From Phoronis australis (lineage: Eukaryota > Animalia > Phoronida): a stretch of 34,056 nucleotides of DNA. The translations under genes were made by a program, and so were the position numbers. The stretch's first letter is position 1. Each line of letters begins with the position of its first letter. A model generated the notes under the pieces. The model searched no databases. It was given only the letters and a program-made list of their open reading frames with translations, and was not told the origin of the DNA. Positions 24,645 to 34,056 of the stretch are shown here, one piece after another. The stretch spans positions 67,733 to 101,788 of the forward strand of contig NMRA01000910.1 in NCBI GenBank assembly GCA_002633005.1. The letters are read 5' to 3'.

Positions 24645-25547
24645 ACCTAGTGATTCAACCTTCCATATCTTAAACTATATCAAGAATGCGATTTCAACAT
24701 GCTGCCTTCATGCTGTTCATAGTCACAGGAATAAGGGAGTCGGTACATTTGACTTTTGAAAAGTGGTAGTCTCAAAACAGTTGGCATCAGACAACACAAC
24801 ATTACAACTTGTTGTGTTCTCTCACTCTGATTTTGGACAAAATGAGATGATGGCCAGAGGATGGTGAGCGGGTTCATGTTCAGAGGCAAGTAACTGTAGG
24901 TCTAGTGGTAAAACTTTTCAAGATAAGGTTGTTGGCCAAGCTATTCTCACTCTTCGCTGACTTAAAATCTTAAGTTCTCCCTGTCAACACTCGAGCAATA
25001 TTTATCCCTTTTCCTTTGTTTTTTTTGCTTCACATGATATTTATTGATTTCATTCATGGACACCCTGCTTGTGAATAGCGCATAATTAGCACAGCNACCT
25101 AGTGATTCAACCTTCCATATTTAAACTATATCAAGAATGCGATTTCAACATGCTGCCTTCATGCTGTTCATAATCACAGGAATAAGGGAGTCGGTACATT
25201 TGACTTTTGAGAAGTGGTTGTCTCAAAACAGTTGGCATCAGACAACACAACATTACAACCTGTTGTGTTCTCTCACTCTGATTTTGGACAGAAATGAGAT
25301 GATGGCCAGAGGATGGTGAGCGGGTTCATGTTCAGAGGCAAGTAACTGTAGGTCTAGTGGTAAAACTTTTCCAGATAAGGTTGTTGGCCAAACTATTCTC
25401 ACTCTTCGTTGACTTAAAATCTTTAGTTCTCCCTGTCAACACTCGAGCAATATTTATCCCTTTTCCTTTGTTTTTTTTGCTTCACATGATATTTATTGAT
25501 TTCATTCATGGACACCCTGCTTGTGAATTGCGCATAATTAGCACAGC
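24645..25547 (+). repeat. 451-bp direct duplication around single N at 25096 (probable haplotype overlap)
   Basis: 24645-25095 vs 25097-25547, few SNPs. Confidence 0.9.
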
Positions 25548-26220
25548 AACCCTCCCTACCACTGAAGGGGACAGGCAGTAAACGAAAAAACTCAGGGCTG
25601 TTAATAGGAAAATTGCAAGTCTACAGTTTTGACATTTTTCTGAAAAAATCAAGCCAATTTAGTTGCTTCCACACAGCGACTTTTTCTAATTCACAAACTG
25701 TTTGAGCAAACATGCAATTTATTGTATGAAAAGGGGAATCCTCTTGCATTGTTTAGCCTTCATGCCCTAGTTTGGGATTTTTTTATTAACTACAAAACCA
25801 AATTTTCACTGTTCAAACCATAGTTTATGATTTATTTATAATGTCCTTGAAACCATGTATGTAAATACTGTTGGAGAACAAGTGGCCAAACGGTCCTACT
25901 GTGGTAAATCTATTACCCTCCCAGTTTAAAAATGCAAAACCGCAATGTCTGCAACTCGAAGTTTGGTTACATGACAAACAGTCCAGTAGTAACACGGTGC
26001 AAGGTTTGGATATGTTAACCAGGCTGATGTGAATATGTGTGTGCACTGGCAGAACCATTTTACTCCAGGCATGGAACAGGGCAAAATGTGTGCAAATCAA
26101 AGAATCAATTGACCCTCAGAAATTCAGAAATACAATACTGCTAAACTGTATATTTGCATATGTATGGCTTTAAAATATTCTTTATAGTAGTGTTACATGT
26201 AGTAAATTAAATTTTCCAAG

Positions 26221-26349
26221 GCGATTAACAAGCTCTGGTGGGAAATGTGTAGACATTGCAGAATCATTTGACCCAGTCATTGAACAGTGCCAGGCTGAAA
26301 GTGCATTGCATAATATAGTTAGCACTGAGGCAGCAGAGCAGGCAGTAAA
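26221..26349 (+). other. Candidate orphan exon (RLTSSGGKCVDIAESFDPVIEQCQAESALHNIVSTEAAEQAV)
   Basis: attttccaag| acceptor, |gtaagt donor, 129 nt, open symmetric frame; no partner exons identified. Confidence 0.35.
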
Positions 26350-27831
26350 GTAAGTCAAAATTTAAATTATCTGGAGTGGATTTGTGGATGCATTAGCAGA
26401 TTCATTTTTAGCAACCAGACATGAAAAATTACAGAGGTTGTATCACATTCTTCTGTGGCAATTGTTTTGGACATGAGTGGAAAATTTTACAAACAATTAT
26501 CTCTAAATTAACCTTCTAGTTCATAGTAATTTTGAAGAGTTTACATATAGATATTAAATGTAGTTTTGACTAATATATTATGGGAGCATAGCATTTGCCG
26601 TCCCGTGGTCTATGTATCCTGAGTTGTTTGTGTCCGCTGTTCTATTAGTCCTGTTTTATGGATTTCGGATTCTACGTGTCTCGGTCTTTAGTGTTCCAGG
26701 CGCTAAGCGGACGAGTGTGCAAGTTTTATCTACATGTACAATAGCCATTTTAGGGCCACGTGATAATTTTTATCCTTGTCGTTGTCAGAGCAGCTAATGC
26801 CCACTGGAATTTTCGAATGCAAGCTGTATCTTGAAAATGCAGCTTTAGTTTGCGAGATTTTGGCTAGGTAGTAAACGGCAATCTTATTGACCTTTCATAA
26901 CATTTTAATTTAGCTCATCAATATTAAGAGGAAATCCGAAGCGAGCCTAACACCTTTAAACTATAACTTTGTTCACAGTCGTTGCAGCCTTCTCTTTGCT
27001 GGCTGATTGTGACCCTTCACTTGTTGCAAACATATTTAGCTCTCTGGAATTTTACTGTAAAAAGTCTTCAGTCACCAGCCAAGGCCCAAGAATCATCTGT
27101 GTAAAGGGTAGAAGTACTCCAGTAAAATTTACATGACCTCAATAGGCTGCATAAACATTCTTCAGTTGTGGTTGATATGTCAGCTGGTCAGGCATAAGTA
27201 ACAGTTAGTTTGTTTGGAGTTTTTGTTTAGCAGATAGAATTCAATGATACCAATGAGTGGTAAGACTATATATACTGGTTAATTATGGCTCAAGTATTTA
27301 AGCATTTAGCGGCGCTGTAACTTTTATATTTAAATTCATTAAATTACTCCGTGAGTCATTGACTCATCTGTTTGGAACATGGATATTGATGGATTGAAGA
27401 TGGTTTTGGTTTAATTTATTGACTAGATTTTTGCTGTTTCAGTGAGTTTCCTTGATTTGCCTAGTGACTCTCAACATGTATTCTCAAACTGACTATTATG
27501 TTTTCCTTGTTTCCTCGCAATCCTCGGTAATGAAGGGATGTTCAGTTTTGCACCCTTTTCACTGAGTATCAAGTAATCAGAAATCTTTTATCAGCCATCA
27601 CACTGCCCCTTGTTCTAGTCAGTCAACCAATGCACTCAGTTGGGCAATAGGTGACTTTGAGCCAATTTGGGCAACAGTGAAGATACAAATGTTGTTGCAT
27701 CATGCCAGAAGTTAAATTCCAACTAGGGCTTTATTAGGTTGTGAATAACATTGTGAATTTGTCACCAGTGAGGTTGGCTATAGATTAGCCCATATCAATA
27801 TTTTTCTGCTTACTGTTGTTACTGAGCAATT

Positions 27832-29419
27832 GAAACGTACTGGCAAGTTTTGCTCCAGCAATCCTGGTCTAAGGCGATACAAAAACAACAGTTAGGCTAT
27901 CAGGGGACTACATCTAGGTCTACCAGCTTCGTTAGCCTGCTACTACATAACTTACAATTACTGCAAGTGGTTACATACAATTCATACATGTTCATACGTG
28001 TACATGTACGTGAATATATATTAAAATGAAAGTTTCATAGCTGTAAAAGTTAGTACATCTTTCCGATGCAACACAATTTGTAGTGTAGAAAATTATGAAA
28101 ATCAGAAAAACGAGTTACACCAGGGGAAGTACTGTTTGCATCATCGCTTGACTGCTGGTTTTGGCTGTGAAATGATTCATTCATTAACTTGATAGGCCAT
28201 GTGTCACCCTGCAGTCTTCTGTCATATAAACACATCAACAGGACTGTCTTCAGTTCAGCCTGACAACTCAAATAGCCTCTGAAGTCTTGGGTTGTTGAGA
28301 AATTTGGGGAGCATTTTTAGGGTTTGTCATTTTGTTTATACACAGTAATGTGCCGTTGCTTATGTAGAGATTAAATGTAAACAGACAGCTCCATGTAATC
28401 TTAACGGTACTAACCTTGTTCTGGGATTGGAATGTGAGTCATGCATAAATTTTGAGAAAACTGGGAAAAGACAAAATTGGAAAAAGGAGCACACATGGGG
28501 ATTTGCCTCCAGTTGTTGACCCTGATTTAATGTATAGCTCAGTACTACGCTGCACCAGTAAAGAAAAAAAATCCCAAGAACATTTTGAATGATCTATTGT
28601 ACCCCCAAGTATAAAGAATTTCTGCTCTTACAAGCAAGATTGTGTCATATTAAAAATTAAAGCAGTAAGTGATTTAATTTAGCTATCTCAGTAAGCTGAA
28701 GTTGAAAAAAAATCAAATAGCAGATAAANGAAACGTACTGGCAAGTTTTGCTCCAGCAATCCTGGTCTAAGGCGATACAAAAACAACAGTTAGGCTATCA
28801 GGGGATTACATCTAGGTCTACCAGCTCCGTTAGCCTGCTACTACATAACTTACAATTACTGCAAGTGGTTACATACTATTCATACATGTTCATACGTGTA
28901 CATGCACGTGAATATCTATTAAAATGAAAGTTTCATAGCTGTAAAAGTTAGTACATCTTTCCGATGCAACACAATTTGTAGTGTAGAAAATTATGAAAAT
29001 CAGAAAAACGAGTTACACCAGGGGAAGTACTGTTTGCATCATCGCTTGACTGCTGGTTTTGGTTGTGAAATGATTCATTCATTAACTTGATAGGGCATGT
29101 GTCACCCTGCAGTCTTCTGTCATATAAACACATCACCAGGACTGTCTTCAGTTCAGCCTGACAACTCAAATAGCCTCTGAAGTCTTGGGTTGTTGAGAAA
29201 TTTGTGGAGCATTTTTAGGGTTTGTCATTTTGTTTATACACAGTAATGTACCGTTGCTTATGTAGAGATTCAATGAATGATCCATTGTACCCCCAAGTAT
29301 AAAGAATTTCTGCTCTTACAAGCAAGATTGTGTCATATTAAAAAATTAAACGCAGTAAGTGATTTAATTTAGCTATCTCAGTAAGCTGAAGTTGAAAAAA
29401 TAATCAAATAGCAGATAAA
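27832..29419 (+). repeat. Direct duplication around single N at 28729 (probable haplotype overlap); second copy lacks ~210 bp
   Basis: 27832-28728 vs 28730-29419. Confidence 0.9.
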
Positions 29420-29574
29420 AGAATCATTATAAGGTTTAAAACTGGTTTATAAAGTAAAAATATATGGACAAAAGAATGCATTTTCACTGAACTTAGATAT
29501 TCAAACTCCTTACATATTTCTGTCATCTACTTCACCTAAATTAAACCCGGACGGCAATTAGCTCTTTATATTAG

Positions 29575-30230
29575 GTTTGAATCTGTTGACCCCGACGCAT
29601 GTGCAAACAAAATCCCACAGACATTGAGCACTGCAAAACTTGTACAGTTGAATTAATTAATTACATGCCAAACAAATGGACCCATTCTTATGAGTCTTAT
29701 ACATGTATGACTGTGTACAACTCCATGTTATCACTATGTATTTTGAAGCGTATGGTTCCCATTAATATAAAATATTAACGTTATACTAACACGGTAGGAA
29801 AAATTAGACATGGTAAATACTTTAAACAAGTAAACAAAGTTTGAATCTGTTGACCCGTCTGATGTGGAAATGTGCACGTGCAAACTGAATCATTTGACCC
29901 GCAGACAATGGAACAGTGCAAAACTTGTACTCGTGAATTATATTACATGTAAAACAAATGGATCAAGTTTTGATTAGTCCTATATGAACGTATGGAACTG
30001 TATGTTATCACCAAGTCTTTTGACGCACAATTTTCTGATTTATATAAAATAGCAACGTTAGATTAACACGTAGGAAAATTTAGACATAGTAAATACTTAA
30101 AAGACACGTAAACAAAGTTTGAATCTGTTTACCCGGTCTGATGTGGAAATGTGCAAGTGCAAACTGAATCGTTTGACCCGCAGACAAGGGAACAGTGCAA
30201 AACATGTACAATAGAACTACAAGTAAAGCA
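29575..30230 (+). repeat. ~270-bp tandem repeat, ~2.4 units
   Basis: gtttgaatctgtt recurs at ~29575, ~29839 and ~30117 followed by similar sequence. Confidence 0.85.
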
Positions 30231-31599
30231 AAATTTTAAATTATCTCTTGACTCTTGGATCAGGATTAATCTAACCTTGGAATTTTGGAATTATTATACA
30301 TGTACTGTAAAATTGTAAATGGCTTAGGATAGAAAAAGATGCTTAATATTTATTTTCCTTGGTTTAACTCGAACCGGTTTTATTCAATGATGTGCAACCG
30401 GTGTAAGACTTACCGTAAGTCTAATTTCAAGCATATAATTGCTCACTGAGAAGCATTTTCAGTGTTTGCTTGAGTGTAAAACTCCCTGAGCGCAGCAACT
30501 CGTTCTGTGAAATAATTTTACACAGCGGTACGTCCCACCTATTGGATGGTAAAATTTAAGCTTCATATATGCACTAATATTAGTAATGCATCTTTAAATT
30601 CTGTTTTAAATTGAAAGCATCTGCCTACGTTTTGTTAAATTAATATATTAATTGATTTTAACATATCAGATAAGTTAGCATGTCCGCCTTAGCTATGCAA
30701 CACATCGGTTGTATCCAGTATTGCAAACACGATTCTTTATTCTTTATAAATTTTATGATCTTGCTATTTAGCATTGTATGAAGATTTAGTGCTAATAAAG
30801 TGTGTGCCATCTTCGTGTGGGATGCTTTCTATATTGTTTTTTCAGCATAATGGTTGCGACTCGAGAAAACTGATTCGACACCACGCTGCGCGAAGCTTGT
30901 ACAGTGAATCTCATGGTGTATAGTAAATTGAACAGATACATCACGACTGCCAGAGAATAAAAAGCACACGGAACAAAGTACACCAGTAAAGGAAAAATGA
31001 CTTTAGAGCAATCCACTCTTTCAGGCTCAGCGTGTTCCATTGGTACATGTACGTTACATAGAATTGTAGTGTGACCTTTGTTTAGAAAGCATTTACTGTC
31101 GCTAGGCTGTAGCTGTGATGCAGAATTTAAACGTCGAAAAATATTGATTCGGAACTATCACTATATTTTACGAAAACATCGGAAGTAAAACGCCACTCAT
31201 GTGCCGTATTGGGACTACACTGGTAAGATTTTGCTGGTGCCTATTTTTACCTGGTTTTGCAACTTCCTTCTGTTCTATGGGCGCAATTTGTTTGCTTATC
31301 CTGTCCACATATTGCTTATATGCAAATTACGAATACTACTAATTGCACAATCCTATCAAACTCGTTTTCCTCAAGAAACATTGCTTGAATTAATAAAAAG
31401 TCGCATCACAATATGGACAAATTTGCGATACCAATTGCGTTGTGAAAATGGCCTTAATGCTTAGATTTTGGTACAATGACTTGTAGTTTTATATTTATTC
31501 TATAGATAGTTGATATTGTTCCTATTACATGTTTTACGATACAGATTTTGTATATGAAATATATTGTATATTTTGTCCGTGACAAGAATAGTGGGATCT

Positions 31600-32400
31600 A
31601 AAACCTGTACAAAGTTGCTTAAATGTAAGCCAGGCGATTTGAGAACTTGGGACAGATGTGCTTAAAGTTAAGCGAGATTCATTTAACACTTGTGGCTTAA
31701 TTTTAAGCCAGAGTAGGATATGTCCATTCCAGAACTTGTACAGCTATTCTTAAATTTAAGCGGGATTCATGTTACACTTGCGCTTGATTTTAAGCCAGAC
31801 TAGGAGATGTCGATTCCAGAACTTTTACAGCTATTCTTAAATGTAAGCAGGATTTGTTACTTACACTTGCAAATTTTATGCTTGAGTGGGAGATGGCGGT
31901 TTTAAAACTTGTACATCTATTCTTGATTTTAAGCTGGATTTATGTTACTTACACTGGTGCTTAATTTTAATCCAGAGTAGGAGATAGCGATTTTGAAACA
32001 TGTACAGCTATTCTTAAATTTAAGCGGGATTTATGTTACACTTGTGCTTAATTTTAAGCCAGATTAGGAGATGACAATTTTGAAACTTGTACAGATATTC
32101 TTAAGTTTAAGCGCGATTTGTGTTACACTTGTGCTTAATATTAAGCCAGACAAGGAAATGGCAATTTTGAAACTTGTACAGTTCTTCTTAAATTTAAGCA
32201 GGACTTATGTGAGTGAGACTTGTGCTTAATTTTAAGCCAGAGTAGGAGATGTTGATTACAGAATTTGTACAGATATGCTTAAATTCAAGCGGGGTTTATG
32301 ATACTTACACTAACCTTGTGCTTAATTTTAGGCTCGAGTAGGAGATGACGCTTTTAAAGCTTGCACAGATATTCTTAAACTTAAGCGGTATTGATGTTAC
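31600..32400 (+). repeat. ~87-96-bp minisatellite, ~9 units, each with two CTTAAnnTTAAG-like palindromes
   Basis: Unit anchors at about 31661, 31749, 31836, 31923, 32013, 32100, 32187, 32278, 32374. Confidence 0.92.
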
Positions 32401-32989
32401 TTGTTTCATTATTTATCAAAATCTGCCTATAAAATCGTGACTTTGGACCAAAAGAGAAAAGTTTAAATTTTCAGAGGAACCGGTTATTATCTGAAAGTTG
32501 AATTGTATCCAATGAGCCATTTCTGAGGGATCATGTTCCGAACTATTACCAATCTTAAGGTTTATTCATTATTAATACTTTAGACTGGGTCAAACTAAAC
32601 AGTTTTGATAAAACTGTTATTTATTAGTCCAGCGTTTCCAGTATTTAACTTATACGCGTTCCCCACCACACTGTGCCGGTGGTTGGCCAGTAGGATACAA
32701 CCTCGTCGTTATCAGTTGACAGTGGCAAACGAAAGTTTAGTTGGTCCAGCTCGCTTATGTGTCTGCATTCATCTGATGTTCACTTAATCCAGCAATGAGT
32801 TGTACACAGCGCGCCTGACGTTAACCGATATTTAAAATACTATTTGCAAACGACATTCAACAAGTGTCTTGAAGCAGATGTGTATTGTTTGAAATACTTT
32901 CACAAAAAACTCGAATGGAGAAAAACGGTTGACTTTCAGGAGAAATTAGAGTCAATTCCTTTGTGTTACTGTAAGCCCTGACCAGCTTA

Positions 32990-33343
32990 ACCACAGTATT
33001 GTGTACCAACACAAAAGGCTTGCTTGACAAGTTTAATCGAGCGTGATTCTAGATTAGATTGTGGAAATTTCTTGATTTTTCTACTCCAGGGGAATGATAC
33101 GTAATGGTATATTCAGCATGGCGTGAAAATCAACTGTCTTCATTTTCAATAGGCGTTTTTCCGATAATGTCGTGCTTGTTGTTAAAGCTAACAAAACGTG
33201 CTCAACATGTTTTACCGTATTGTCACCATGAAATGATTCCAAAAGTGACTGTGTATCGTCTTTTGTCCGATTTCCTGTCAGGAGTCGTTGAAACCCCTTG
33301 TATTTTATGAAATAATGGCAAAGCTGCCAACGCTTCTAGACAT
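32990..33343 (-). pseudogene. Possible highly decayed LINE (L1/Tx1-like) APE endonuclease N-terminus
   Basis: MSRSVGSFAIIS*NTRGFND resembles the S.N.RG. start motif; later HGDNT and YHSPGVEKSRNF resemble SHG and YAP motifs only weakly. Confidence 0.3.
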
Positions 33344-33480
33344 GTTTTGTTTCCGTATGAACACATGTAAAAACACACGCCGTGGTTGGGAGCAGATCAA
33401 CTCGGATATACATGTACTGCACATGTATTTTTATTTTTTCTGAAAATAAACGCAACATACATTATGTCCGTTACANACAG

Positions 33481-33622
33481 GCAGCTGTTGAGAGAAACGA
33501 GGCGGCTACTGAGGACAGACGTGGTGACACATCTTGGTGCAAATGCACTGTGTGCGTTGTTATGCCTACCTCAATGGAATGCTTGTGCTGTTCAGAGTTC
33601 GACGAGGCCAAGCCAGTACTGG
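33481..33622 (+). pseudogene. P2X7-ballast-like Cys-rich domain fragment (Kolobok KolX-type accessory gene)
   Basis: RRGDTSWCKCTVCVVMPTSMECLCCSE fits W-C-x-C-xx-C-xx-M-P-T-xx-E-C-x-C-C-x-E; truncated. Confidence 0.8.
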
Positions 33623-34056
33623 ATATGGTTAAGTGGACCTCCGGCATACCACGGACAGAGCAACAACTGTCCCACTTGCCAGAGTGTCCCGCGACACACT
33701 CCCACTGGATGGTGACCTGAGCACCCAAACTGCTTACACCGTGTCGTGTGACACACCTGGCATCTTCTAAATAGCCCCAACGCTTTAGGCAAGTCCACAA
33801 TAAACTTATCTAAGTTTGGCTCACCGATCTGTTCACTGGACGACGAACTGTCCTCTTCACTGGGTGTCGAACTGAGCCTGTAATCACTCCCACTACTTAA
33901 TATCGCTGCAGGGCTGCTTCGAGGCTCTGGGCTGGAGAAAACAGCACAGGGCGAATCACTACTGGTTCTAGGAATTGCATGCTCTGGGGTACGTTCGGAG
34001 GCACGGGTGACAGTAGATGAAGTGCCTCCACTGGCTCCAGTCACTGTACTGGCCAC
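33612..34056 (-). pseudogene. Kolobok-type transposase fragment (N-terminal of the catalytic core), frameshifted and truncated
   Basis: Ser/acidic linker then KFIVDLPKALGLFRRCQVC [shift] GAQVTIQWECVAGHSGKWDSCCSVRGMPEVHLTISS; converges on the KolX-like fragment. Confidence 0.7.

Larger units (their letters stand above)
19507..32483. mobile_element. ~13 kb foldback-type structure with long modular inverted arms
   Basis: Termini ccggttcccctgaaaatttaaac / gtttaaattttcagaggaaccgg; arms 19507-~21296 and ~29575-32483 are colinear in inverse orientation. Confidence 0.8.
29575..32483 (-). repeat. Right inverted arm
   Basis: Reverse complement of left-arm blocks, with more repeat units. Confidence 0.9.

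Noticed and set aside
24645-29419. Two tandem duplications as biological events
   Set aside because: Each pair meets exactly at a single N (25096, 28729) and differs by few SNPs or one indel, typical of unmerged allelic contig overlaps.
20089-31040. Homologous ORF pair MEHAETKSG (20089 +) and MEHAEPERV (31040 -) as a gene family
   Set aside because: They are the two inverted arms; frames diverge through indels and show no protein motif.
31170-31230. CGGAAGT and GGGACTACA promoter-like motifs in the right arm
   Set aside because: Short motifs with no linked gene or transcript evidence.
31600-32400. Regularly spaced palindromic repeats resembling a CRISPR array
   Set aside because: Whole units repeat with no unique spacers, no cas genes, eukaryotic context; it is a minisatellite in a repeat arm.

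Overview
Intron-rich eukaryotic (animal, probably marine invertebrate; inferred) draft-assembly DNA. 2064-11881 (+) holds the last 11 coding exons of HAUS3 (augmin subunit 3): 1570 nt, about 522 aa plus stop, all GT-AG, phases consistent, N-terminus outside the window. Two exons appear twice across a single-N join, most likely uncollapsed haplotypes. Immediately after the HAUS3 stop is a dense run of short, internally deleted mobile-element coding fragments, almost all on the minus strand (antisense to HAUS3): THAP; an uncharacterised 'RELGRLL'-family gene; SWIM-YqaJ interrupted by a young deleted BEL/Pao LTR element with AATCC TSDs; Gypsy protease and integrase; a BEN-domain gene; and further right a possible LINE endonuclease and a deleted Kolobok element. 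This is a candidate unistrand piRNA-cluster-like transposon trap. A ~13 kb foldback-type structure (19507-32483) with modular 1.8 kb and 2.9 kb inverted arms appears to split the BEN exon. Family assignments come from motif recognition by eye; no searches were run.
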